From NCBI GenBank assembly GCA_964406665.1, contig CAYOSQ010000003.1, forward strand, positions 1-36,640: 36,640 nucleotides of DNA, in the 5' to 3' direction. This document shows, piece by piece, positions 8,129 through 18,590 of this stretch (position 1 is its first letter; each line of letters starts with the position of its first letter). The notes beneath the pieces were generated by a model, which saw only the letters and a list, made by a program, of their open reading frames with translations, searched no databases and was not told where the DNA came from. A program made the position numbers and the translations under genes. The stretch is from an uncultured Planctomycetia bacterium. GTDB lineage: Bacteria > Omnitrophota > Gorgyraeia > VGKH01 > JBHPFN01.

Positions 8129-9381
8129 AATACGACGTAAAAGATATAAAATTAGCAAAAAAAGGAAAATTGAGAATCGAATGGGCACGGAAAAATATGC
8201 CTGTGCTACGCTTAATTGAAGAAAGATTCAGAAAACAAAAGCCTCTAAAGGGCATAAAGATTGGCGCATGTCTTCACGTTACTACCGAGACAGCTAATCT
8301 TATGATTGCTTTAAAAGCAGGTGGCGCACAGCTAGCATTATGTGCTTCAAACCCGTTATCTACCCAAGATGATGTTGCAGCTTCCTTGGTTAAAGATTAC
8401 GGCATAAGTACCTTTTCCATTAAGGGAGAAGATACTAAAACGTATTATAGGCATATAAATGCTACATTAGACATAAAACCCAATATTACTATGGATGATG
8501 GGGCAGATTTAGTTTCTACTATTCACGGTAAAAGAAAAGATCTTATAAAGAATATTTTTGCCGGCACAGAGGAAACTACCACAGGTGTAATCCGATTAAA
8601 AGCACTTGAGGAAAAGGGAAAACTTATGCATCCGGTAATTGCGGTTAATGATGCCTGTACAAAACATTTTTTCGATAACAGGTATGGAACCGGTCAGTCT
8701 ACGATTGACGGGATGATCCGTGCTACAAATAGATTAGTTGCAGGAACAAATTTTGTTGTCTGTGGTTATGGTTGGTGTGGTAGAGGTGTTGCCATGCGCG
8801 CACAAGGCTTGGGTGCTAAAGTTATCGTCACCGAAGTCGATCCACTAAAGGCAATTGAAGCCAATATGGATGGATTTGAAGTTATGCCCATAGCTAAAGC
8901 GGCAAAAGTTGGTAATTTCTTCGTAACTGTAACAGGAGATATCGCTGTTATTAGAAGAGAGCATTTTGCAAAAATGAAAGATGGAGCCATCATAGCTAAC
9001 TCAGGACATTTTAATGTAGAGTTAGATATAGAGGCATTGAATAAAATGAGTAAGGCAAAGAGGCAGATCCGTGAATTCGTCGAAGAATATACTTTAAGAA
9101 ATGGTAGACGAGTTTATCTTTTAGCAGACGGCAGGTTAATAAATCTGGCTGCTGCCGAAGGCCATCCTGCTTCTGTCATGGATATGAGTTTTGCTAATCA
9201 GGCACTTTCTGCCGAATACGTTGTTAAGAAGCATAAGGTGCTTGAGAAAAAAGTATACAGCGTCCCAGAGGTTCTAGACAAAAGAATCGCTGCTTTGAAG
9301 TTGAAATCTTTAGGTATCAAAATCGATACCTTGACTAAGCAGCAGAAAGAATATCTGGCAAGCTGGGAGATGGGAACTTAA
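8125..9381 (+). CDS. ahcY: S-adenosylhomocysteine hydrolase (short form)
   Basis: 418 aa; [45 protein letters not shown] and GHP-VMDMSF; ATGA overlap with metK. Confidence 0.97.
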   Translation: MKYDVKDIKLAKKGKLRIEWARKNMPVLRLIEERFRKQKPLKGIKIGACLHVTTETANLMIALKAGGAQLALCASNPLSTQDDVAASLVKDYGISTFSIKGEDTKTYYRHINATLDIKPNITMDDGADLVSTIHGKRKDLIKNIFAGTEETTTGVIRLKALEEKGKLMHPVIAVNDACTKHFFDNRYGTGQSTIDGMIRATNRLVAGTNFVVCGYGWCGRGVAMRAQGLGAKVIVTEVDPLKAIEANMDGFEVMPIAKAAKVGNFFVTVTGDIAVIRREHFAKMKDGAIIANSGHFNVELDIEALNKMSKAKRQIREFVEEYTLRNGRRVYLLADGRLINLAAAEGHPASVMDMSFANQALSAEYVVKKHKVLEKKVYSVPEVLDKRIAALKLKSLGIKIDTLTKQQKEYLASWEMGT

Positions 9382-9398
9382 GTTTTTAAGTTAAGAAA

Positions 9399-10364
9399 AT
9401 GGCGATTAAAAGAATCGGATTATTAACAAGTGGTGGCGATGCCCCAGGCATGAACGCTGCAATCCGCAGTGTTGTACGCTGTGCTTTATACCATAAACTT
9501 GAAGTTATGGGTATATATAGAGGATACGCAGGATTACTTAATGAAGAACTCGAACTTTTAAACCATCGCTCAGTTTCTAATATACTTAATCGCGGAGGGA
9601 CTGTTTTAAAGACTGATCGATCTGATGAGTTTAAAACCGAGCAAGGACAGAAGAAAGCAGTTGATATTATCAAGAAGAATAAAATTGACGCTTTGGTTTT
9701 AATCGGAGGAGATGGAACCTATGCCGGTGGTGGTATGTTAACCAAAAAATGGGGAGTACCGTGCGTGGGAGTTCCGGGAACAATCGACAATGATATATGC
9801 GGGACCGACTTCACCATTGGTTCTGATACCGCTGTTAATACTGCGCTGGAGGCAATTGATAAAATCCGCGATACTGCAACTAGTATGGAAAGAATATTTG
9901 TTACTGAGGTTATGGGTAATAAATCCGGATATATTGCTATGCAGGTTGCCTTAGGCGGTGGGGCAGAGGATGTTCTTATTCCCGAGATGAAATTCGACGT
10001 GGATAAGATGTGTGAAGATGTAAAGCAAGGTCATAATCGGGGAAAAATCAGCTGGATAATCATAGTTTCAGAAGGTGCAGCAAAAGCAGAAGATGTAGCT
10101 AAAAAGATTTCTGATAAAACAAAATTAGAAACCCGCGTAACTGTTCTTGGGCATATTCAAAGAGGCGGGACACCAACAGCAAACGATAGGATTTTAGCAA
10201 CCAGGTTAGGTGCCGCGGCAGTTGAATTATTACTTAAAGGCGAATCCAATAAAGTTGTTGGTGTTGTAGCTGATAAACTAAACGTTGTTGATTTTATGAC
10301 TGCATGTGAGAAAAGAATTCATTCATTGGATGAATTGTATAGATTATCAAGGATACTTACGTAA
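9399..10364 (+). CDS. pfkA: ATP-dependent 6-phosphofructokinase
   Basis: 321 aa; TSGGDAPGMNAA, GGDGT and PGTIDND (Gly/Gly, ATP type), LGHIQRGG. The MGR motif reads MGN. Confidence 0.94.
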   Translation: MAIKRIGLLTSGGDAPGMNAAIRSVVRCALYHKLEVMGIYRGYAGLLNEELELLNHRSVSNILNRGGTVLKTDRSDEFKTEQGQKKAVDIIKKNKIDALVLIGGDGTYAGGGMLTKKWGVPCVGVPGTIDNDICGTDFTIGSDTAVNTALEAIDKIRDTATSMERIFVTEVMGNKSGYIAMQVALGGGAEDVLIPEMKFDVDKMCEDVKQGHNRGKISWIIIVSEGAAKAEDVAKKISDKTKLETRVTVLGHIQRGGTPTANDRILATRLGAAAVELLLKGESNKVVGVVADKLNVVDFMTACEKRIHSLDELYRLSRILT

Positions 10365-10386
10365 ACATTTAAAAAGGAGGAAAGAA

Positions 10387-11715
10387 ATGCGTCGCAGCTC
10401 TAAAAGTAAAGTAGATAGAATGGTAATGGATTTGGTATTAAGTGATGATTTAAAAATAAAACATGAGGTTGCAAAAAAGATTTTTGCCTTAGGATATAAA
10501 AAAGGTGTTTATTCTGCGTCGATACAAGAACTGTATGATGCCAGAGGTCGGGGAGAAATTAATGGTTTTACTGTTCCGGCTATTAATTTAAGAGCTTTAA
10601 CCTATGATTTAGCTCGGGCAATTTTCCGTGTTGCTAAAAGAAATAATTCCGGCGCCTTTATTTTTGAAATCGCCAAAAGTGAAATCGGCTATACCGATCA
10701 ACCTCCTGTAGAATATGCCGCAGTTATTGTTGCTGCAGCTGTTAGAGAAGAATTTGTTGGTCCGGTATTCGTTCAGGGAGATCACTTTCAGTTAAAGGCA
10801 AAAAATTACAAAGAAGATCCTCAGAAAGAACTGGATGTTTTAAAAGAAATTATTGAAGAGGCAATCGCCAGCGGATTTTACAACATCGATATTGATAGTT
10901 CAACCTTGGTTGATTTAGACAAAAAGAAAATATTAGAACAGCAGAGGGATAATTTTGAAGCCTGCGCAGAGCTCACAGCTTTCATTAGAAAAAAGCAACC
11001 CAAGGGAATAACAGTCTCTGTTGGTGGAGAAATTGGTGAAGTTGGAACAAAAAACAGCACCCCTGAAGAGTTGCGTGCTTTTATGAAAGGGTATAGAAAG
11101 AAGTTAAGAAAAAATTATACAGGAATTAGCAAGATGAGTATCCAGACAGGAACTTCTCATGGTGGCGTTGTTTTACCTGATGGTACGGTTGCAGAAGTCA
11201 GTCTTGATTTTGATACTTTAAAAACAATATCTCAAGTTTCACGTGACGAGTTCGGCATGGCAGGAGCTGTTCAGCACGGTGCTTCTACTTTACCGGAAGA
11301 AGCTTTTCATAAATTCCCTGAAGTTGAAACTGCTGAAGTTCACTTAGCAACCCAATTTCAGAATATGATTTTTGAGAGTAAGCATTTTCCAGCTGAATTA
11401 AAAGATAAGATTTATGCCTGGATAAATGAAAACATGACTGCTGAGAAAAAAGAAGGGCAGACAGAAGAGCAATTTATTTACAAAACTAGAAAAAAATCAC
11501 TTGGGCCGTTTAAGAAAGATATTATGGGTCTAAGTAGCGAAATCAGAGATGCAATTGCTGCTGAACTTGAAGAAAAGTTTGAATTTTTGTTCAAACAGCT
11601 AAACGCTGTAAATAATAAAGAAACAGTGGATAATCTCATTACGCTTAAGCGAGTAATCGTTCGCAAGAAACAGGATATTCAAAATAAAGAACGCGATACT
11701 GAAGGAGACGATTAA
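10387..11715 (+). CDS. Class II (metal-dependent) aldolase, atypical long subfamily, probable fructose-bisphosphate aldolase
   Basis: FTVPAIN, QGDH, DIDSS, GGEIGEVG, GTSHGG and QHGAS align with class II aldolase metal/phosphate motifs. Start moved to ATG 10387, which has an AGGAGG RBS. Confidence 0.8.
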   Translation: MRRSSKSKVDRMVMDLVLSDDLKIKHEVAKKIFALGYKKGVYSASIQELYDARGRGEINGFTVPAINLRALTYDLARAIFRVAKRNNSGAFIFEIAKSEIGYTDQPPVEYAAVIVAAAVREEFVGPVFVQGDHFQLKAKNYKEDPQKELDVLKEIIEEAIASGFYNIDIDSSTLVDLDKKKILEQQRDNFEACAELTAFIRKKQPKGITVSVGGEIGEVGTKNSTPEELRAFMKGYRKKLRKNYTGISKMSIQTGTSHGGVVLPDGTVAEVSLDFDTLKTISQVSRDEFGMAGAVQHGASTLPEEAFHKFPEVETAEVHLATQFQNMIFESKHFPAELKDKIYAWINENMTAEKKEGQTEEQFIYKTRKKSLGPFKKDIMGLSSEIRDAIAAELEEKFEFLFKQLNAVNNKETVDNLITLKRVIVRKKQDIQNKERDTEGDD

Positions 11716-11718
11716 TCA

Positions 11719-13377
11719 ATGAAGATGAGATCGGATGAAGTAAAGAAAGGTGTGGAGAGAACACCTCACCGCGCGTTGCTTTATGCAACAGGTTTGCAAA
11801 AGGAAGATTTTAAAAAGCCGTTTATTGGTATTGCCTCTGGTTTTACTGATTTGATTCCCGGACACATTAATATGCGCATGTTTGAAGAGCATATTAAAAA
11901 AGGAATACGTAATGCCGGCGCTGTACCTTTTGTTTTCGGCGTACCAGGTATTTGTGATGGTATAGCTATGGGCCATTCAGGCATGCGTTATTCTTTGGCT
12001 TCCAGAGAATTTATCGCAGATGAAATTGAATCAATTACTCAGGCTCATTGTCTGGATGCGCTGGTATTGCTTACTAATTGCGATAAGATTACTCCGGGAA
12101 TGATTATGGGTGCGGCGAGAATCAATGTGCCCACTATCGTAGTGACTGCCGGGCCAATGCATTCGGGAAAATACAAGAATAAAAGACTTTCTTTAGTGCG
12201 CGATACATTCGAACTTGTTGGTAAATTGAAAAATAAAGAAATTTCTTCTTCAGAAGCTAGTCGCATAGAGCAATGTGCTTGTCCTGGAGCAGGATCGTGT
12301 CAGGGTTTATATACGGCTAATACGATGTCATGTTTAACAGAAACCATGGGATTATCTCTTACTGGCTGCGGTACTGCTTTAGCAATTTCGAAAAAGAAAG
12401 AAAAGATTGCTTATGAGAGCGGGAAAAAAATAGTTGAGCTTCTTAAGAAAAATATTAAGATCAGAAAGATTCTAAATAATGCTGCTTTTGAAAATGCAAT
12501 TAGGATGGATATGGCTTTAGGAGGATCAACTAATACGGTTTTACATATTACCGCTATTGCTAATGAATGCGGTATTAAGATTCCGCTTAAGAAATTCGAT
12601 CAGATTAGTAAAAATACGCCTCACCTGACAGATTTACGTCCGGGTGGAGATTATTTTATGGAGGATTTAGAGACTGCAGGTGGTATTCCTGCTATGCTTA
12701 AGAGATTAAAGCCAAAGTTAAAGAATAATTCTACGGTAAACGGAAAAGATATTTATAAGATAGCCAATGAAGCTAAGATTCGTAGTTCAGCTGTTATCAG
12801 ACCTTTGCAAGATCCAGTACACGTAGAAGGTGGAATAGCAATTCTGTTTGGTAATTTAGCTAAAGAGGGTGCAGTTATTAAACAGTCTGCGGTTTCAGAA
12901 AAGATGATGCGTTTTTCAGGTAAGGCTATAGTATTTGATTCTGAAGAACAGGGTATGCAAGCTATAATGAACGGAAAGATTAAAAAGGGCCATGTAGTCG
13001 TTATCCGTTATGAAGGTCCCAAGGGTGGTCCGGGAATGCGCGAGATGCTCTCACCTACTTCAGCAATTGCGGGTATGGGATTATCCGACGATGTTGCTTT
13101 AATTACTGACGGAAGATTCTCCGGAGGCACAAGAGGTCCTTGTATTGGTCATGTATCTCCTGAGGCTGCAGTTAACGGAGCCATCGCTATAGTTAAAAAC
13201 GGTGATATAATTCATATTGATGTACATAAGCGTAAAATAGAATTAAAAGTTTCCGCAGCCGAGGTAAAAAGACGCCTTAATAAGAAAAAGTCTCATCCTG
13301 TAAAAGTAAAAACAGGCTATTTATCCAGATATGCAAAAATGGTAGGCTCGTCTGCAAGAGGAGCTATTTTAGAATAA
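11719..13377 (+). CDS. ilvD: Dihydroxy-acid dehydratase
   Basis: 552 aa; [56 protein letters not shown] and TDGRFSGG. Confidence 0.97.
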   Translation: MKMRSDEVKKGVERTPHRALLYATGLQKEDFKKPFIGIASGFTDLIPGHINMRMFEEHIKKGIRNAGAVPFVFGVPGICDGIAMGHSGMRYSLASREFIADEIESITQAHCLDALVLLTNCDKITPGMIMGAARINVPTIVVTAGPMHSGKYKNKRLSLVRDTFELVGKLKNKEISSSEASRIEQCACPGAGSCQGLYTANTMSCLTETMGLSLTGCGTALAISKKKEKIAYESGKKIVELLKKNIKIRKILNNAAFENAIRMDMALGGSTNTVLHITAIANECGIKIPLKKFDQISKNTPHLTDLRPGGDYFMEDLETAGGIPAMLKRLKPKLKNNSTVNGKDIYKIANEAKIRSSAVIRPLQDPVHVEGGIAILFGNLAKEGAVIKQSAVSEKMMRFSGKAIVFDSEEQGMQAIMNGKIKKGHVVVIRYEGPKGGPGMREMLSPTSAIAGMGLSDDVALITDGRFSGGTRGPCIGHVSPEAAVNGAIAIVKNGDIIHIDVHKRKIELKVSAAEVKRRLNKKKSHPVKVKTGYLSRYAKMVGSSARGAILE

Positions 13378-13406
13378 ATTTTTAGTTTACAAAAGAGGGA
13401 AAGCAA

Positions 13407-15077
13407 ATGAAAATGACAGGTTCTCAAATATTTGTTGAGTCGCTTATCAAAGAAAAGGTTGATGTTATATTCGGATATCCGGGAGGTTCGGTTCTTCCTT
13501 TATTCGATAAGGTTTATGACGCTCCTTTTAAATTTATACTTACGCGTCATGAGCAGGGTGCTGCACATGCTGCTGATGGATATGCGCGGGCAACGGGTAA
13601 GGTTGGGGTCTGTGCTGCGACAAGTGGTCCGGGCGCAACTAACCTTACTACTGGTATTGCTACAGCCTATATGGATTCTATACCTATAGTTGCTTTTACT
13701 GGTCAAGTAAAGACGCATTTAATCGGAAACGATGCTTTTCAGGAAGCAGATGTTACCGGCATAACTCGTCCGATTACAAAATATAATTTTCTGGTTAAAG
13801 ATGTTAAAGATCTGGCCTCTACTATTAAGGAAGCATTTCACATTGCCAGTACTGGAAGGCCAGGCCCCGTTGTTGTCGATTTACCTGTAGATGTTCAACT
13901 TCAAGAGACTGAGTTTAATTATCCTGAGAAGGCTGATATTAGAGGATATAAACCTAAACTAGAAGCGCATCCGGGGCAGATTAAGAAAGCGGCTAAAGAG
14001 ATAGAAAAAAGCAAAAAGCCGATTTTTTACGTTGGAGGCGGAGTTATAATCTCAGGCTGCCATAAAGAATTAAAGAAACTTGCAGAAGATTGTAAGATCC
14101 CCGTAACTATGACTTTGATGGGCTTGGGGGCATTTCCTATAGAAAATCCTTTATCTTTGGGAATGCTGGGAATGCATGGTACTGCTTATGCTAATCATGC
14201 TACCATGGAATCTGATTTGATCATTGCTGTAGGTGCTCGTTTTGACGACCGCGTTACAGGACGCATAGATACGTTTGCACCTGAAGCAAAGGTTATTCAT
14301 GTTGACTTGGACCCAACCTCGATTAGCAAAAATATTAACGTTGACATTCCTATAGTTGGTGATGCAAAAGGAGCTTTAGAGCAACTGATTGGATATATCA
14401 AGAAAAAACCCGATACAACAAAATGGCTTAAAAAGATTCAGGGCTGGAAGGAAAAATATCCTCTTCAGTACAAAGACGACGATGCATTGAGGCCTCAGTT
14501 CATTATTGAAGAAATTGATAAAGCAACCAAGGGTGATGCAGTTATTGTTACCGAGGTAGGTCAAAATCAGATGTGGGCTGCCCAGTGGTATAAATACAGC
14601 AATCCTAGAACATTTCTTTCTTCAGGGGGCTTAGGAACTATGGGCTATGGTTTTCCTGCAGCTATCGGTGCAAAATTAGGAAAGCCAGAGAAGACAGTTA
14701 TTGATATTGCTGGAGATGGTTCAATACAAATGAATATTCAGGAATTAGCTACAGCTGTTACCTATAAGATTCCGGTTAAGATTGCGATTTTAAATAATGG
14801 GTATTTAGGGATGGTACGTCAGTGGCAGGAGCTTTTTTATAGTCGAAGATATGCTTATACCCCATTGGTAAATCCTGATTTTGTTAAGCTGGCAGAAAGC
14901 TATGGGGCTGTGGGTATAAGAGTTACTAAAAAAGAAGAAGTTAAAGATGCTATTGATAGAGCATTATCTACGGATAATGTTGTAGTACTTGATTTTAAAA
15001 TAGAGCCAGAGGAAAATGTATTTCCTATGGTTCCTGCCGGTGAGGCCATTAACCGTATGATAGGGGGTATGGCTTAA
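13407..15077 (+). CDS. ilvB: Acetolactate synthase large subunit (biosynthetic)
   Basis: 556 aa; [48 protein letters not shown]...NN TPP motif and GMVRQWQ. Confidence 0.96.
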   Translation: MKMTGSQIFVESLIKEKVDVIFGYPGGSVLPLFDKVYDAPFKFILTRHEQGAAHAADGYARATGKVGVCAATSGPGATNLTTGIATAYMDSIPIVAFTGQVKTHLIGNDAFQEADVTGITRPITKYNFLVKDVKDLASTIKEAFHIASTGRPGPVVVDLPVDVQLQETEFNYPEKADIRGYKPKLEAHPGQIKKAAKEIEKSKKPIFYVGGGVIISGCHKELKKLAEDCKIPVTMTLMGLGAFPIENPLSLGMLGMHGTAYANHATMESDLIIAVGARFDDRVTGRIDTFAPEAKVIHVDLDPTSISKNINVDIPIVGDAKGALEQLIGYIKKKPDTTKWLKKIQGWKEKYPLQYKDDDALRPQFIIEEIDKATKGDAVIVTEVGQNQMWAAQWYKYSNPRTFLSSGGLGTMGYGFPAAIGAKLGKPEKTVIDIAGDGSIQMNIQELATAVTYKIPVKIAILNNGYLGMVRQWQELFYSRRYAYTPLVNPDFVKLAESYGAVGIRVTKKEEVKDAIDRALSTDNVVVLDFKIEPEENVFPMVPAGEAINRMIGGMA

Positions 15078-15118
15078 GTAGTTTAGTTTAATTTTTGATT
15101 TAATAAATGGAGTGAGAT

Positions 15119-15592
15119 ATGGAACATACAATTTCTGTTTTAGTTGAAAATAAACCCGGTGTTTTAGCGCGTATATCGGGTCTTTTTAGTGCCAGGGGTT
15201 ACAATATTACATCTTTAGCTGTAGGAGAGACAGATGATCCTTCGGTTTCGCGCATGACTATGGTTGTGGATGCTCAGCATGAGAAGATTTTAGAGCAGAT
15301 TTTAAAACAGCTTAATCGTTTAATCGATACCGTAAGTGTTATCGATATGACAAAGAAAGATTATATTGGTCGGGAATTAATATTAGTTAAGGTTAAATGT
15401 AAAAAAGCAGATAGGCCAAAAATTAAAAAACTGTTGGAAGAATATCATGCTAGGATTGATGAAAAAAAAGAAAATACAATAGTGGTAGAAGCCTCTCTGG
15501 AGGTTAAGCAGATTAATGAACTTCTTGAGAAACTTAAACCATATGGTATAGCTGAATTAGTTAGGACAGGAAGAATCGCAATCGCGAGATAA
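15119..15592 (+). CDS. ilvN: Acetolactate synthase small regulatory subunit
   Basis: 157 aa; ACT domain [33 protein letters not shown] and ELVRTG; lies between ilvB and ilvC. Confidence 0.94.
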   Translation: MEHTISVLVENKPGVLARISGLFSARGYNITSLAVGETDDPSVSRMTMVVDAQHEKILEQILKQLNRLIDTVSVIDMTKKDYIGRELILVKVKCKKADRPKIKKLLEEYHARIDEKKENTIVVEASLEVKQINELLEKLKPYGIAELVRTGRIAIAR

Positions 15593-15611
15593 AAGAGAGG
15601 AGAAACAAAAG

Positions 15612-16604
15612 ATGGCCAAGATTTATTATGATAATGACGCAAGTTTGGATGTTTTAAAAGATAAAACAGTTGCAATCATTGGTTATGGAATTCAAGGTAG
15701 GGGCCAGGCTCTTAATTTAAGAGATAGTGGCGTCAATGTAATTGTTAGCGAGCTCGAAGGGACCCCTAATTTTGAACAGGCAAAACAGGATGGTTTTGAG
15801 CCTATCGATGTTAAAAAAGCAGCGAAAAAAGCTGATGTTATTCAAATATTGACTCAGGATCATGTTCAGGCAATGGTTTACAGGAAATCAATTAAGCGTC
15901 ATCTTACCAAGGGAAAGGCACTTGTTTTTTCACATGGGTTTAATATCCATTTTAAGCAGATAGTGCCACCAGAAGATGTAGATGTGTTTATGATTGCTCC
16001 TAAGGGTCCAGGTGCCTTAGTTAGAAGAATGTATGAAGAAGGCAAAGGTGTTCCTTGTTTAGTGGCAATATTTCAGGATGCATCTGGCAATGCTTTAAAA
16101 TGGGCATTAGCCTATGCAAAAGGTATCGGCGGTACACGTGCCGGAGTAATTGAAACCACATTTAAAGAAGAGACAGAAACTGATCTTTTTGGAGAGCAGG
16201 CAGTTCTCTGTGGTGGAGTAACGGAATTAATCAAGGCAGGTTTTGATACATTAACTGAAGCAGGATATCAACCAGAGATAGCTTATTTTGAGTGTCTACA
16301 TGAATTAAAACTTATTACTGATTTAATTTATGAAGTTGGTATACAGGGAATGAGAAAACGCGTATCGGACACAGCAGAATATGGAGATTTAAGTAGAGGT
16401 AGAAAAGTCATCAATGAAAAGACAAGAAAAATAATGAAAAAGATGCTTGCTGATATTCAGTCTGGTAAATTTGCCAGAGAGTGGATAAGGGAAAATAAAA
16501 AGGGCAGACCTAATTTTAATCAACTTTCTTCTGAATCAGATGAGCACCCTATTGAAAAAATAGGAAAACAGCTGCGCGATATGATGCCCTGGATGCGCAA
16601 GTAA
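15612..16604 (+). CDS. ilvC: Ketol-acid reductoisomerase (class I)
   Basis: 330 aa; [45 protein letters not shown] and SDTAEYG. Confidence 0.97.
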   Translation: MAKIYYDNDASLDVLKDKTVAIIGYGIQGRGQALNLRDSGVNVIVSELEGTPNFEQAKQDGFEPIDVKKAAKKADVIQILTQDHVQAMVYRKSIKRHLTKGKALVFSHGFNIHFKQIVPPEDVDVFMIAPKGPGALVRRMYEEGKGVPCLVAIFQDASGNALKWALAYAKGIGGTRAGVIETTFKEETETDLFGEQAVLCGGVTELIKAGFDTLTEAGYQPEIAYFECLHELKLITDLIYEVGIQGMRKRVSDTAEYGDLSRGRKVINEKTRKIMKKMLADIQSGKFAREWIRENKKGRPNFNQLSSESDEHPIEKIGKQLRDMMPWMRK

Positions 16605-16638
16605 ATAATTTTTAATTAGTAGTTAAGGAGAGCCGGTG

Positions 16639-18582
16639 ATGGGTAAAAATTCTTTAATTGCAATTGCAGTTGTACTGATTCTTTTGTTGGGAGCAGGCGG
16701 TTGGTATGTAACTCAATATTTAAGCATACCAGAGGTTGAGGATTTAAAGGATTTACTTCCATCTGGTGCTATGGTATTTGTTGAGATAAATGATTTATCA
16801 GATACCGTAAATAAAATTAAGGGTACTAAACTCTATGCATTGCTAGAGGAAAAGTTTGAGAAATCAAGCGATGCAAAAGAAGGAATTTGTCCTAAGAATA
16901 AATTATTTAATTGCAAAATTAAAGATATTGTAGAAGGCGAGATAATGAACGCTTTTACAAAAGAGGGTGTAATTGCTGTTTATGAATACGGATATGCAGA
17001 TATTGAAGTTGAGACACCTAAAATATTATTTATAACCCGTATGGATGTTGCAACAATAACTAAGAAAAATCTTCTAGAAGCAATGTTGTTTGCTGATAAA
17101 GAGAATAAAATTGATGTTTCAGACAGGCAGCATCTAGGAATGCGTTTTAAAGTAGCTGATATCGGAAATGGCGAAGAAGTTGCCTATATTATTTTAAGAG
17201 ACGTTTTTGTTGCAAGTAATAAATCAGAAACCATACATCAAGTTATTGAAATTGTCAAAGGTTTGGGAGAGCAATCAATAAAGGAAGATGGTCGTTTTCA
17301 ATCGGCATATATAAATAAGTCTGTGATCGCTTCTGTATTTTCTTACGTGGATATAAAGATTTTTTCTAAAGTATTATTTGAATTTGCCAAACAAGAAGCC
17401 ATAAAAGAAGAGGGGCGGCTTGCGAATGTCGGAGATTTTAAGGATATTCTTTCTGCTTATGGATTTCCTGAATTTGATTATGCTGTTTTTGAGATTGACA
17501 CAGACAGCGGCTTTCATCTAGGATATAAGTTTTTCTTCGACGCAGCAATGAGCGAGAAGCTAAGAAGCTTTTGGAACAGCACAAAACTTAGGGATTGGCA
17601 TATGATTACACTTATGCCTCAGGATACAGTTTTAATGAGCCTTAATGCTTATCAGGAAAACGCAGTCCAATACTACGATTATATGGGAGAAGCTATTGAA
17701 AAACTGGAATCTGAAGAGTTAAAGCAGAGTTTAAGGCAACAAAGAGAAAAATTAGAAGAATACTTTACTAAATTAGGTTATGATTATAAAAAAGAAATAT
17801 TATCACTAATCCAGGAATCTGGATTTGTTTTTACTGGATTAGAGGAGATTTCTTTAGGCATGCCTAAGATGCAGGGTGCCGATAGGATGTCTCAAATGGG
17901 TATGAGTATGCCGGGACTTACAATTCCTTTTCCTAAAGCGTGTATTTTGATAAGGGTGAAAGATAAGGATAAGGTAAAAGAGATAATTTTTAAAGCGGTT
18001 GATAATTTCCAGCAGAGCATGCAACAGGGTCTGGAAGATATGAAAAATGATCCAATGTTTTCTCAGGTACAAGAACAGGGAGTTTCAATGCCGGATGGAT
18101 TATTGCCTGGTGATTCTCAAGAAGAGAAATCTTTAATTAATGAAAAAATTTACAATGGCATAACAATGTATTCTTTAGAGCCCATTGTACCTTTTATGTC
18201 TTTTTTAACACCTAGTTTTTGTCTAGAAGATGATTATTTGGTTTTAGGATTAAGTGAGACAGCTATAAAAGACATGATAGATACTTACAAAAATAGCTAT
18301 AGTTCATTTGATTCTAGTGTTGATTTTATTAGTTTTACTGCCAAGATACCTGAGGAAGTAACAGGGTTGTTTCATATCAACATATCAAGATTAGCTGAAG
18401 AGATATATAAATTGAAAGATTCTTCAATAGTGATGTCGAAAGTAAAAAGTTCTTTGGATTCTGAAGAATCATTTGAAGATTTTATAGAAATTTTAAGACA
18501 GTTAAATATCTACGAAGGATATATGGTTTCCGACGATAAACATTTTAGTGGAGATTTATTTATTAACGTAAAAGGCTTATAG
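16639..18582 (+). CDS. Hypothetical N-terminally anchored (exported) protein, DUF3352-like with two internal repeats
   Basis: About 647-aa ORF with an AAGGAG RBS (ATG 16639; alternative GTG 16636). It has one N-terminal hydrophobic helix followed by an acidic soluble region. The family resemblance is from motif recall only. Confidence 0.75.
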   Translation: MGKNSLIAIAVVLILLLGAGGWYVTQYLSIPEVEDLKDLLPSGAMVFVEINDLSDTVNKIKGTKLYALLEEKFEKSSDAKEGICPKNKLFNCKIKDIVEGEIMNAFTKEGVIAVYEYGYADIEVETPKILFITRMDVATITKKNLLEAMLFADKENKIDVSDRQHLGMRFKVADIGNGEEVAYIILRDVFVASNKSETIHQVIEIVKGLGEQSIKEDGRFQSAYINKSVIASVFSYVDIKIFSKVLFEFAKQEAIKEEGRLANVGDFKDILSAYGFPEFDYAVFEIDTDSGFHLGYKFFFDAAMSEKLRSFWNSTKLRDWHMITLMPQDTVLMSLNAYQENAVQYYDYMGEAIEKLESEELKQSLRQQREKLEEYFTKLGYDYKKEILSLIQESGFVFTGLEEISLGMPKMQGADRMSQMGMSMPGLTIPFPKACILIRVKDKDKVKEIIFKAVDNFQQSMQQGLEDMKNDPMFSQVQEQGVSMPDGLLPGDSQEEKSLINEKIYNGITMYSLEPIVPFMSFLTPSFCLEDDYLVLGLSETAIKDMIDTYKNSYSSFDSSVDFISFTAKIPEEVTGLFHINISRLAEEIYKLKDSSIVMSKVKSSLDSEESFEDFIEILRQLNIYEGYMVSDDKHFSGDLFINVKGL

Positions 18583-18590
18583 GAAAAAAC

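Noticed and set aside
10306-10386. N-terminal extension of the aldolase in the ORF track
   Set aside because: It overlaps pfkA; a strong AGGAGG precedes ATG 10387.
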